Both the position numbers and the translations under genes were made by a program. From positions 1 to 64,000 of the forward strand of contig CAVRCI010000004.1 of the NCBI GenBank assembly GCA_963719495.1: 64,000 nucleotides of DNA. Direction: 5' to 3'. The notes beneath the pieces are model-generated. The model did not search any database and was not told the DNA's origin. It worked only from the letters and a program-made list of their open reading frames with translations. Source of the DNA: an uncultured Verrucomicrobiae bacterium. GTDB taxonomy: Bacteria; Verrucomicrobiota; Verrucomicrobiia; Chthoniobacterales; JAATET01. Shown piece by piece: positions 27,480 through 36,884 of the stretch (within the stretch, counting starts at the first letter, position 1; every line of letters starts with the position of its first letter).

Positions 27480-28400
27480 ATGTCCTTTTCCCTGATTGGT
27501 ATCGACCTTGGCGGCACGAAAATCGAGGGCGCGATCGTCGATCGTGATCGCTTCGAGGCGGCGCAATTTCGGACCCGCGTACCGACGGAATCCGCGAAGG
27601 GTTACAACCACATTATTGCCCAGGTCAGTCGGCTGGTTGACCAACTTCGCGACGCGTATCCGGGAGATTTTCCGGAGCGCATCGGGATCGGAACACCCGG
27701 CACGTTGGATCCGACGACGCGATTGCTCACGGGCTCCAACACCCAGTGTCTGAACGGACGCCCCTTCAAGGCGGACCTCGAGCGGGCGCTCGGCGTCGAG
27801 ATCGAGATGGCGAACGACGCAAATTGCTTCGCGTTGGCGGAGGCGACGATGGGAGCGGGGCGGGGCTACGAGACCGTTTTCGGGATCATCATGGGGACGG
27901 GCTGCGGTGGGGGATTCGTGGTCGACGGACGGGTCCTCGACGGCCGGCACGGAACCGCGGGGGAATGGGGGCAGATCGTGCTCGATCCCGACGGGGAGAT
28001 GTCGGGTTACGGGACGCGAGGGATCATTGAGACCGTCCTGGCCGGACCGGCGTTGGAGCGTTACTACGCGCGAATCTCCGGCACTCCGAGAGCGCTCAAG
28101 GACGTGGTGGCCAACGTGGACAGCGATCCTTTCGCCGCGCGGACGATCACGCACCTGTGCGACTCGTTCGCGCGGGCCGTGGCGATCATCATCAACAGCT
28201 TCGATCCCCACGCCATCGTGATCGGCGGGGGAGTCGGGAACATCGACGCGCTGTATTCCGAGGCGACGCGTGGATTGATTTCGGAGCGGATCTTTGCGGA
28301 TAAATTCGAAGCCGCTCTGGTGAAGCCGATTTTGGGTGACAGCGCGGGCGTCTTCGGTGCGGCGATATTGGCGGTCAGTCGCGGCCAAGGCGTGGCATGA
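27480..28400 (+). CDS. ROK family sugar kinase (fructokinase Mak-like)
   Basis: GIDLGGTKIE, NDANCFALAE, GTGCGGG, AGEWG, GDSAGVFGAA. Confidence 0.9.
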   Translation: MSFSLIGIDLGGTKIEGAIVDRDRFEAAQFRTRVPTESAKGYNHIIAQVSRLVDQLRDAYPGDFPERIGIGTPGTLDPTTRLLTGSNTQCLNGRPFKADLERALGVEIEMANDANCFALAEATMGAGRGYETVFGIIMGTGCGGGFVVDGRVLDGRHGTAGEWGQIVLDPDGEMSGYGTRGIIETVLAGPALERYYARISGTPRALKDVVANVDSDPFAARTITHLCDSFARAVAIIINSFDPHAIVIGGGVGNIDALYSEATRGLISERIFADKFEAALVKPILGDSAGVFGAAILAVSRGQGVA

Positions 28401-28487
28401 CCGTGGGGGCGAGCTCCGCGACGGGTGACCAGAAAGTGGGCGCCCGGCGGCGCGGCAGCCCCACCTTCGAGAGGATCGCTGACGCGA

Positions 28488-29915
28488 TCATTCTGTGAGG
28501 CGGTCGCGGATCGCGGTCAGGTCGGCAACAAACGCTTGGTAGCCTTCGACTCTGGCTTCCTCGGTGGGGGCGCGGAGGAGCGATGAGGGATGGACGGTGA
28601 CGAAGGTCTGATCGCACCAGTCGGACGGGCGGAAGGTGCCGCGGTCTCGGAGGACTTTGATGTCCGGGCCGAGGACGGAGCGGGCCGCGGTCGATCCGAG
28701 GCAGACGAGGATGGCGGGCTGAATGGCGGCGAGCTCGGCTTCAAGCCAGGGGCGGCAGGAATCGATGTCGCGGACGCCCGGTTTCGCGTGGAGGCGACGT
28801 TTGCCGCGCGGGGTCCATTTGAAGTGTTTGACCGCGTTCGTGACGTAGGCGAGGTCGCGATCGATCCCGGCTTCGGCGAGCGCGCGGTCGAAGAGTTGGC
28901 CGGCGGGGCCGATGAACGGACGGCCTTGGAGATCTTCGTTGTCGCCGGGTTGCTCGCCGACGAAGACGAGGCGGGCGTCGGGGCGGCCTTCGCCGAAGAC
29001 GGTCTGGGTGGCGTCGCGGTGGAGCGGGCAGGCGGTGCAGGCGGCGGCGGCTTCGCGGAGGGTGTCGAGTGAGGCTCCGGATGGGGCGGGGGCGGGGGAG
29101 TGTTCGGCGGGCGGTTGGCGTTTCATTTCGCTGGCTTCGATCATGGTTCCCACCCGGGCGCCCGCTTGGGCGAGGAGGCCCGGGATGGCGGCGGCTTCGG
29201 GCAGATTTTTCCAGTATTTCTTCGGCATTTCGGCCCGCATCGCGTGGGTTTTCACGCGGGCGGGATTGAAAATATTGCGATAGTAGGTGAGCCAGAGGTC
29301 CTCGACGGCGTCCTCGGTGGGGGCGGCGGAGCGGGGGACGCCCTCGGTGAACGTGACGGCTTCGCCGTCCCAATGGGCGCAGCGGTCGGGAGTGAGAATC
29401 GACCAGCGCAGGCCGGCGAAGCGGTCGATGAAGAACGGTGAGTTCAGCTCGACGATGGCGTGCTCGGGTTCGAACCAGGCGACGTGCCAGGGTCCGGTCG
29501 GCGACTCGACGACTCGGAAGCGGACGAAGGCGCGCATCTTGTGAACCGCCCGGCCGATGGCTTTGTCGTGGCGGCGGAGTCGATCGACGTCGGGGTCGGT
29601 GATGAGCTCGAGGAGGTGGGACTCGCCGTGGGTGAGCCGCCAGAGGATGCGGTAGAGGAGCGCCCAGCGCTCGGGGTCGCGGTGGCAGGCGACCCGGCGG
29701 GCGAAGGTGGGGAAGGCGCGGGGGACCTTGTGGCGGGAGGCGGGCGCGGGTGCGGCGGCGGACGGCTCGTGTTCGTTGAAGAGGCCGAGGCCGGGCTCGG
29801 GGGTGGCGAGGGTTTCCCAGATGATCTCGGCGGGGGCGAGGTCGGCGTCGAGGGCGCGGCGGGCGGCGGTCTGCCAGGCTTCGTAGGTGGGGGCGATGGT
29901 GAGCTGGTGGGGCAT
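28488..29915 (-). CDS. DUF4130 (TIGR03915-type) domain fused to a UdgX-family uracil-DNA glycosylase
   Basis: N-terminal HKMRAFVRFR, WFEPEH, IFNPAR, EMPKKYWKNLPEA; C-terminal CTACPL, GEQPG, TNAVKHFK, KRRLH, TVHPS. Confidence 0.9.
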   Translation of the reverse strand: MPHQLTIAPTYEAWQTAARRALDADLAPAEIIWETLATPEPGLGLFNEHEPSAAAPAPASRHKVPRAFPTFARRVACHRDPERWALLYRILWRLTHGESHLLELITDPDVDRLRRHDKAIGRAVHKMRAFVRFRVVESPTGPWHVAWFEPEHAIVELNSPFFIDRFAGLRWSILTPDRCAHWDGEAVTFTEGVPRSAAPTEDAVEDLWLTYYRNIFNPARVKTHAMRAEMPKKYWKNLPEAAAIPGLLAQAGARVGTMIEASEMKRQPPAEHSPAPAPSGASLDTLREAAAACTACPLHRDATQTVFGEGRPDARLVFVGEQPGDNEDLQGRPFIGPAGQLFDRALAEAGIDRDLAYVTNAVKHFKWTPRGKRRLHAKPGVRDIDSCRPWLEAELAAIQPAILVCLGSTAARSVLGPDIKVLRDRGTFRPSDWCDQTFVTVHPSSLLRAPTEEARVEGYQAFVADLTAIRDRLTE

Positions 29916-30034
29916 CGCGGGGGGTGGAAGGTATGAGGCTTCGCCTTTGGGTTGGGAGCTTTTCGGCTGGAAGCCAAAAAGTGCGAGCTGGAAGCTCGCG
30001 GTCCCCCTTGTTTCCTCGGACTTCGTCCCCGGGA

Positions 30035-31234
30035 TTAGAGGAGGGTTAGCTGTTGGGTGCGAACGGGCGCGGCACCGAGAATCTTCGGGTGATGGTCGCT
30101 CGTCTCGATGAAGGGAAGCATCTTTTTTACCGGGGCGCGGAGGCGGGTGAGGTCGGCGAGGGAGACTTTGGTCCAACGGCGGATGACGAGGATCCGGTCG
30201 ACGTTGCGCACGCCGAGTCCTGGGACGCGGAGGAGCTGCTCGCGGGTGGCGCGGTTGAGGTCGATCGGGAAGCCGGCTCGATTGCGGTAGGCCCAGGCGA
30301 GCTTGGGGTCGATGGTGAGGTCGAGCGAAGGGGCGGCTTCGGAGGTCAGTTCGGTCGACTTGAAGCCGTAGAAGCGGATGAGCCAATCGGCCTGGTAGAG
30401 CCGGTGCTCGCGAATGAGCGGCGGCGCAATGAGCGGGAGGTCACGCGAGGCGCTGGGGATCGGGCTGAACGCCGAGTAGTAGACGCGGCGGAGGCGTTGC
30501 TTGCGGTAGAGGCTGGTCGCGCGGTCGAGGATGACGCGGTCGGTGGTGGGCGTGGCGCCCACGATCATTTGGGTGCTCTGGCCGGCGGGGGCAAAGGCGG
30601 GGGCGCGGCGGCTGGTTTTTCGTTCCGCCTTGGACTCGTCGATCTTGGCCTTGATGCCGTCCATCGATGACTCGATGCGGGTGAGATTTTTTTCCGGCGC
30701 GAGCTTGGCGAGGTCGGCGTCGGTGGGGAGTTCGACGTTGATGCTGATGCGGTCGGCCCAGCGTCCGGCTTCGTCGATCAGCTCCTGCGAGGCCTCGGGG
30801 ATGGTCTTCAGGTGGATGTAGCCGCGGAAGCCGTGATCTTCGCGCAGGGTGCGGGCCACCTTGACGACCTGCTCCATCGTGTAGTCCGGGTTGCGAATGA
30901 TGCCGGAGCTGAGGAAGAGGCCTTCGATGTAGTTGCGGCGGTAGAAGTCGAGGGTGAGGTCGACGACTTCGTCGGGGGTGAAGCGGGCGCGCCGGACGTC
31001 GCTCGAGATGCGGTTGACGCAGTAGAGGCAGTCGTAGACGCAGTAGTTCGTGAGGAGGATTTTGAGGAGCGAGACGCAACGTCCGTCGGGGGTGTAGCTG
31101 TGGCAAATGCCGCTGCCAGTGGTCGATCCGATGCCGCCGGAGCGGGACGTGCGCTTGTCGGTGCCGCTGCTGGAGCAGGATGCGTCGTATTTCGCCGCGT
31201 TGGCGAGGATGGCGAGTTTGGCGGCGACGTTCAT
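30035..31234 (-). CDS. Putative DNA modification/repair radical SAM protein (TIGR03916-type)
   Basis: AKYDASCSSSG, GICHSYTPDGRC, CVYDCLYC, AGQSTQMIVGA, REHRLYQADWL, HhH LLRVPGLG. Confidence 0.93.
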   Translation of the reverse strand: MNVAAKLAILANAAKYDASCSSSGTDKRTSRSGGIGSTTGSGICHSYTPDGRCVSLLKILLTNYCVYDCLYCVNRISSDVRRARFTPDEVVDLTLDFYRRNYIEGLFLSSGIIRNPDYTMEQVVKVARTLREDHGFRGYIHLKTIPEASQELIDEAGRWADRISINVELPTDADLAKLAPEKNLTRIESSMDGIKAKIDESKAERKTSRRAPAFAPAGQSTQMIVGATPTTDRVILDRATSLYRKQRLRRVYYSAFSPIPSASRDLPLIAPPLIREHRLYQADWLIRFYGFKSTELTSEAAPSLDLTIDPKLAWAYRNRAGFPIDLNRATREQLLRVPGLGVRNVDRILVIRRWTKVSLADLTRLRAPVKKMLPFIETSDHHPKILGAAPVRTQQLTLL

Positions 31235-31287
31235 GGGTTCTTCCTTGTTACGAACGGCGGAAGCGGAATGGATTGAGTCCCCCCGGG

Positions 31288-32406
31288 CTATCGCGTGATC
31301 TCGCGGATGAAGTCGATCTCCGCCGGGTCGAAGGGCGTGCCGTCCTCGCGAAGAAGATCGTGGAACCAGACGGTTGGCTCGGGGAAGGGGTCACCGTCCG
31401 GGATGATTTTGCCTTCGGAGCGTTCCCGCTCGGGGTCGCGTCTTTCGTGGCTGGTCCACGGCCAAATCGTGCCCGTTTTCCCGGAAACGAAGCCCCAATT
31501 GATTGCGGCGACGCGGTGCTCTTTCAGGATGGGGAGGTAGCTCTGCGGGGTGCTGCCGAGTTCGCGGGCGAGGTATTCGGTGCAGAAAATGGGGCGGCCG
31601 TCGCGCTGGTAATCTGCGAGGCGGCGCTCGATGTCGGCGGGGGGGCCGTAGGCGTGGATCGAGTGGACGTCGGAGTTTGCGCGGTTGATCGCGATGTTTT
31701 CCTCGCCGACGCTTCCGGCGGTGGTGGACGCGATGGGTTGCGTTGGATCGATTGCGCGAGCCCATTCCCAGGAGGCTTGAACGAGTCGGGCGGACCGATC
31801 GCCGAAAGCGGTGGCGGATCCGCCCAGCCCGCCGGAGGCATCGCCTCGTCCGGGCTCGTTGTAGAGTTCCCAGAGGAGAATGCGGTCATCGTCGGCGAAG
31901 TGACGGATCGTCCCCTGGACGTAGCCGCGGAGACGGGCTACTTCATCGGGGCTGGCGGCACCGTCGGAGAATCGATTGGCCACGTCCCGCGTCGGGCAAT
32001 TGACCCAGCCGGAGTTGTGGTAAGCGGGAAGTGGGCGCGGTTGGGGTCCGAGTTGCGCCTTCGGGAAATGGCAGTCGTCGAAAAAGACGAAGAAGGGCCG
32101 GATGCGAACGGCAGCGCAGAGGCCGAGGAACTGGTCAATGCGGGCGTAAAATCCGTCCGGATTCTCGGCCCAGACGAGGTCGTGGAGGTAGACGCGCAGG
32201 GAGTTGAATCCGATGTCGGCGGCCCAACCGAGTTCGCGCTCGATCGTGGTCGGGTCGAAGGTGGATGCCTGCCACATCTCGATTTGGTTGATCGCGGTGG
32301 CGGGGACGTAATTACAGCCGACGAGCCAGGGTTGCCGGTCATACCAAGCATTCGCGCGGTCGGGTGTCCAGCGGCCCGAAACCGGGGTGGGTGTCGGAGG
32401 GCTCAT
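31288..32406 (-). CDS. Clan-A glycoside hydrolase (GH5/cellulase-like)
   Basis: WELYNEP acid/base motif, CTEYLAR nucleophile motif, INWGFVSGKT. Confidence 0.8.
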   Translation of the reverse strand: MSPPTPTPVSGRWTPDRANAWYDRQPWLVGCNYVPATAINQIEMWQASTFDPTTIERELGWAADIGFNSLRVYLHDLVWAENPDGFYARIDQFLGLCAAVRIRPFFVFFDDCHFPKAQLGPQPRPLPAYHNSGWVNCPTRDVANRFSDGAASPDEVARLRGYVQGTIRHFADDDRILLWELYNEPGRGDASGGLGGSATAFGDRSARLVQASWEWARAIDPTQPIASTTAGSVGEENIAINRANSDVHSIHAYGPPADIERRLADYQRDGRPIFCTEYLARELGSTPQSYLPILKEHRVAAINWGFVSGKTGTIWPWTSHERRDPERERSEGKIIPDGDPFPEPTVWFHDLLREDGTPFDPAEIDFIREITR

Positions 32407-34458
32407 CTACGTGAGAGATTTGGGATCGGTCGTCGGCGATTGGCAAGCGAAGTCGGCGCAGACGTAGGCGGTCGCGCGGCCGTCGACGGCGGGCATTTCG
32501 GTGCTGGCGTCGTCGGCGTGGAGGATGACCTGGTGGGGGTGAAAGCGAGAGTGGGCGGCCGCGAGCATGGCCCGGGTGTCGGAGGCTTCGGGTTCCCCGG
32601 CGATGACGATCTGACGCGGTGGAGCGAGGGCGAGCGCGAGCGCGGCGAGCATCTGCGGAACGGCGGTGGGTTGGTTCTCGAGAATCCCGGAGAAGCCTTT
32701 GATGACCGAATGGGCTCGCTCTTCAAAGGCTTCGTCGTGCCGGGTGCGGGCGAGGCGAAGGAGGTTCCGGGCGGAGATGGCGCTGGCGGAGGGCTCCGCT
32801 CCGTCGTAGTCCTCCTTCGAGCGAACGAGGACGAGCGGGTCGCCGGCTTCGCTCGCGAAGTAACCGCCGCCGGCCGGGTCGGCGAAGAGGGCGTCCTGGC
32901 GCGACTGGAGCTCGGTCGCCCATTGGAGCCACTGGGAGTCGAGGGTGGACTCGTAAAGGTCGAGGAGGCCCTGGATCAGGTAGGCGTAGTCTTCGGCGAA
33001 GGCGTGGATGTCGCCGCGCTGTCCGTTGCGCCAGCTCCGGTGGAGGTGCGTGCCGTCCCAGAGGTGGGCTCGGAGAAATCCGGCGGCGGTGACGGCGCGG
33101 GCGGTGTCCGCCGGGTCGAGAAGAATCGCCCCGGCGCGGGCGAAGGCGGAGATCATGAGGCCATTCCAAGCGGTGAGAACTTTGTCGTCGAGGTGGGGGC
33201 GCGGGCGTTTTTCGCGGACTTCGAAGAGAGTCTTGTGGGCCGATTCGAACGCCGCAGTGTCGCGGCTTTCGCTCCGCTTCTCGTTGGCGGAAGTGGGGCG
33301 GAGGGTGAGAATGTTTTTCCCGGTGAATTCGCCGTGGGGATCCGCTTCGGGGGGTGTGTTGCCGCCGGGTTCGACGTGGTAGTGGTCTTTGAACGCGGCG
33401 GCTTGGTCGCCGAGGAGCGCGTCGAGCTCGGTGCCGGTCCAGACGTAGAAGGCTCCTTCGGCGTGGTCGGGCTTGCCGGGCTCGAGGAGGCTGTCGGCGT
33501 CTTCGGCGGAAAGGAATCCGCCGTCGGGGTGACTGAGGTCGCGGGCGACGTAGTCGAGGGTGTCGCGGGCGGTGTCGGCGTAAGTTTTATCCCCGGTGAT
33601 CTGGTAGGCGTCGAGGTAGCTGCCGACAAGCTGGGCTTGATCGTAGAGCATTTTTTCGAAGTGCGGGACGTGCCACTCGCCGTCGACGGAGTAGCGGTGG
33701 AAGCCTCCGCCGAGGTGGTCGTGCAGGCCGCCCGCGGCCATTTCGCGGAGGGTGTGGAGGGTGATGTCGCGGGCTTCGTTGGCGTTGGGAAGCTGGGACG
33801 CGAAGGTGCCGAGGAGGAAGTTGAAGACGGAGGGGCGGGGGAATTTGGGTCCGCCGCCGAATCCTCCGTGGGCGCGGTCGTAGGTTTGGGAAAAGGCCGC
33901 GGCGGCTCGCGTGAGGCAGGATTCGTTGGGGAGGTCGGCGTCGGGGCCGGGCTGAGTCGAAGCGGATTGGAGGGCTTCGATGACCTGGTTACCCTGGTTG
34001 ATGATGTTCGGGCGGTCGGTGGCCCAGAGTTCGGTGAAGCGCTCGAGGACGGTAACGAAACCGGGGCGGCCGTAGCGGTCGGTGGGTGGGAAGTAGGTGC
34101 CGCCGAAGAACGGTTTGCCGTCGGGGGTCAGCCAGACACTCATCGGCCAACCGCCGCTGCCGGTGGTGGCCTGGACGAAGCTCATGTAGAGGCGGTCGAC
34201 GTCGGGGCGTTCCTCGCGGTCGACCTTGATGTTGACGAAATACTCGTTGAGGACGGCGGCGACTTCGGGGTTTTCGAAGGATTCGTGGGCCATCACGTGG
34301 CACCAGTGGCAGGTGGAGTAGCCGATGGAGAGGAAGATGGGTTTTTGTTCGGTGCGCGCCTGGTCAAACGCCGCTTCGCCCCACGGTTGCCAGTCGACGG
34401 GGTTATCCTGGTGCTGGAGAAGGTAGGGTGAGGTGGTGGTGGCCAGGGCGTTGGGCAT
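32407..34458 (-). CDS. Thioredoxin-domain protein YyaL/DUF255 (SPATA20-like)
   Basis: [54 protein letters not shown]. Confidence 0.92.
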   Translation of the reverse strand: MPNALATTTSPYLLQHQDNPVDWQPWGEAAFDQARTEQKPIFLSIGYSTCHWCHVMAHESFENPEVAAVLNEYFVNIKVDREERPDVDRLYMSFVQATTGSGGWPMSVWLTPDGKPFFGGTYFPPTDRYGRPGFVTVLERFTELWATDRPNIINQGNQVIEALQSASTQPGPDADLPNESCLTRAAAAFSQTYDRAHGGFGGGPKFPRPSVFNFLLGTFASQLPNANEARDITLHTLREMAAGGLHDHLGGGFHRYSVDGEWHVPHFEKMLYDQAQLVGSYLDAYQITGDKTYADTARDTLDYVARDLSHPDGGFLSAEDADSLLEPGKPDHAEGAFYVWTGTELDALLGDQAAAFKDHYHVEPGGNTPPEADPHGEFTGKNILTLRPTSANEKRSESRDTAAFESAHKTLFEVREKRPRPHLDDKVLTAWNGLMISAFARAGAILLDPADTARAVTAAGFLRAHLWDGTHLHRSWRNGQRGDIHAFAEDYAYLIQGLLDLYESTLDSQWLQWATELQSRQDALFADPAGGGYFASEAGDPLVLVRSKEDYDGAEPSASAISARNLLRLARTRHDEAFEERAHSVIKGFSGILENQPTAVPQMLAALALALAPPRQIVIAGEPEASDTRAMLAAAHSRFHPHQVILHADDASTEMPAVDGRATAYVCADFACQSPTTDPKSLT

Positions 34459-34569
34459 GGTGGTTCTTTTTGAGTGCCGCTTCGCGGGGTTTGGATCGAG
34501 TCCCGGGCTGGAAGCCCGGGACGGCGAGCTAGAAGCTCGCGGTCCCCGGGGCGTTGCGCGCTCGCGGGC

Positions 34570-35580
34570 TTAAAAGTCGGCTTTGAGGATTACTCGGTAG
34601 CGGGCTTGGCCGGATCTTAGGTGGTCCAGGGCTTCGTTGACCTGGGACATTTTGTAGGTCTCGGTCATGGGGGCGATCTCGTGACGGGTGCAGAATTCGA
34701 TCATCCTGCGCGTGGTGGCCGGGGAGCCGAGGGGGGAGGCACCGAAGGATTTCTGGCCGAGGATCATCGGGAAGGCGGCGAGTTCGATGGGGTTCGGGAT
34801 GGCTCCGACCGTGTGGAGTTTTCCCTTCGGGCTGAGGGCGGCGATGTAGGTCATCCAGTCGAGGTCGACGGCGACGGTGGAGAGGATGAAGTCGAACTTT
34901 CCGGCGACGGCTTCGAGTTCGGATTGGTCCTTGGAGTTCACGACTTCGTGGGCGCCGAGGGAGCGGGCTTCGTCGGATTTTTCGGGGCTGGAGCTGAAGG
35001 CGGTGACTTCGCAGCCCCATTTGTTGAGAAACTGGAGGGCGAGGTGGCCGAGGCCGCCGATGCCGATGACGCCGACTTTGTCGGTGGGCTGAACGCCGGA
35101 TTGGACGATGGGGTTGAAGACGGTGATGCCTCCGCAGAAGAGGGGGCCGGCCTTTTCCGCGTCGAGGGCGTCGGGGAGTTTGGTGGCCCAAGCCCAGTGG
35201 CAGCGGACGCTCTCGGCGAAGCCGCCGGGGCGGCCGAAGATGGTGGCTTGGACTTCGGGGCAGAGGTTGTGATCGCCGCCCATGCAGTGGTCGCAGACCA
35301 TGCAACTGCCGGAATACCAGCCCAGGCCGACGCGATCGCCGGGGGCGAGGGCGGTGACGTGGTCGCCGACGCTGGTGATCCTGCCGACGATTTCGTGGCC
35401 GGGGACGAGCGGGTATTTCGATTGGCCCCAATCGTTGTCGATCATGGACAGATCGGAGTGGCAGACGCCGCAGGTCTCGACCTTGATCTCGACGTGGGTG
35501 TCGGGGAGGTCGCCGGGGGTAAACTCGTGGGGTTGGAGAGCGGCTCCTTTCTCGGTGGCGGCGTAGGATTTGATCTTCAT
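34570..35580 (-). CDS. ahr: Zinc-dependent NADPH aldehyde reductase (Ahr/YjgB-like)
   Basis: CGVCHSD, GHEIVG, structural Zn cysteines, GPLFCGGITVFNP, GIGGLGH. Confidence 0.85.
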   Translation of the reverse strand: MKIKSYAATEKGAALQPHEFTPGDLPDTHVEIKVETCGVCHSDLSMIDNDWGQSKYPLVPGHEIVGRITSVGDHVTALAPGDRVGLGWYSGSCMVCDHCMGGDHNLCPEVQATIFGRPGGFAESVRCHWAWATKLPDALDAEKAGPLFCGGITVFNPIVQSGVQPTDKVGVIGIGGLGHLALQFLNKWGCEVTAFSSSPEKSDEARSLGAHEVVNSKDQSELEAVAGKFDFILSTVAVDLDWMTYIAALSPKGKLHTVGAIPNPIELAAFPMILGQKSFGASPLGSPATTRRMIEFCTRHEIAPMTETYKMSQVNEALDHLRSGQARYRVILKADF

Positions 35581-35713
35581 CTCTTGAATGCTACGCCGGG
35601 GGTGGGGTTGGCGGTTGGCGGCTGGCTGCGGTGGGGGGAAGTGGCGCTTCGCGCGGTTGGTTTCGAGTGCCGAGCTGGAAGCTCGGCACTGCGGGCTGGA
35701 AGCCCGCGCTCCC

Positions 35714-36838
35714 CTAGCTTCCGAGGAGGAGGCGCATTGGGTTTTCGATGCAGTCTTTTACCCTTACGAGGAAGGTTACTGCTTCTTTTCCGTCGACGAC
35801 TCGGTGGTCGTAGCTGAGGGCGAGATACATCATGGGGCGGATGACGACCTGGCCGTCGCGGGCGACGGGGCGCTCCTGGATGGTGTGCATGCCGAGGATG
35901 CCGCTCTGGGGCGGGTTGAGGATCGGGGTGCTCATGAGGGAGCCGTAGACTCCGCCGTTCGAGATGGTGAAGACGCCGCCCTGGAGGTCGGGGAGGCCAA
36001 TTTTGCCTTCGCGGGCTTTGGCGGCGTAGTCGGCGAGACTTTGCTCGATCTCGGCGAAGGATTTCTGGTCGCAATCGCGGACGACGGGGACCATGAGGCC
36101 TTTCTCGGTGCCAACGGCGACGCCGATGTCGTGGTAGAGATTCGTGACGAGGGTGTCGCCTTCCATGCGGCTGTTGACGCCGGGGACCGCTTTCAGGGCG
36201 TCGACGGTGGCCTTGATGAAGAACGACATGAAGCCGAGCTTGATGCCGTGGCGCTTGACGAAGCCCTCCTGCATCGTCTTGCGGAGGGCCATGATAGCGC
36301 TCATGTCGCACTCGTTGAAGGTCGTGAGGATCGCGGCGGTTTGCTGCGCGGCGACGAGTTGGGTGGCGATCTTGCGGCGGAGGGGGCTGAGTTTTTTGCG
36401 GGTCGTTCTTGGGTCTTCGTTGCCGTGATTGGGGGAGGGGGCTTCGCCGTGACTGGTGACTGGTGACTGGTGATTGGTGGGTGAGGGTTCTGGCTGGGCG
36501 GGGGCTTTTTTTTGTTCTTCGGCCGGTTGTGGTTTTGCCGCGGGTTCCGTCTTTGGTTTGGGCTCGGCTCCGGCAGCTGCCGGATCGCCCTCCGATTTGG
36601 GGGTGCCTTCGGCGATGGTGGCGACGACCTGGCCGATTTTGACCTCTTCGCCTTCTGGGACTTGGATGGTGAGGGTTCCGGTCTCCGTGGCGTTGACTTC
36701 ACTGGAAACTTTGTCGGTTTCGAGGGTGAAGAGGATTTCTCCGGTTTCGACGTGGTCACCGTCTTTCTTGTGCCACTCGGAGAGGAGGCCGCTGGAGATG
36801 CTTTCGCCGACGGCGGGGACTTTGACTTCGGTGCTCAT
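35714..36838 (-). CDS. sucB: 2-oxoglutarate dehydrogenase E2 (dihydrolipoamide succinyltransferase)
   Basis: Lipoyl motif [40 protein letters not shown]. Confidence 0.95.
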   Translation of the reverse strand: MSTEVKVPAVGESISSGLLSEWHKKDGDHVETGEILFTLETDKVSSEVNATETGTLTIQVPEGEEVKIGQVVATIAEGTPKSEGDPAAAGAEPKPKTEPAAKPQPAEEQKKAPAQPEPSPTNHQSPVTSHGEAPSPNHGNEDPRTTRKKLSPLRRKIATQLVAAQQTAAILTTFNECDMSAIMALRKTMQEGFVKRHGIKLGFMSFFIKATVDALKAVPGVNSRMEGDTLVTNLYHDIGVAVGTEKGLMVPVVRDCDQKSFAEIEQSLADYAAKAREGKIGLPDLQGGVFTISNGGVYGSLMSTPILNPPQSGILGMHTIQERPVARDGQVVIRPMMYLALSYDHRVVDGKEAVTFLVRVKDCIENPMRLLLGS

Positions 36839-36884
36839 GGTCGCGGAGTCGGCGGTCATAGACCGCCGCTACAGGGTCGTTTTG

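Noticed and set aside
29916..30386. N-terminal extension of the UdgX fusion
   Set aside because: It overlaps the radical SAM gene in another frame and crosses a REP; ATG 29915 is the plausible start.
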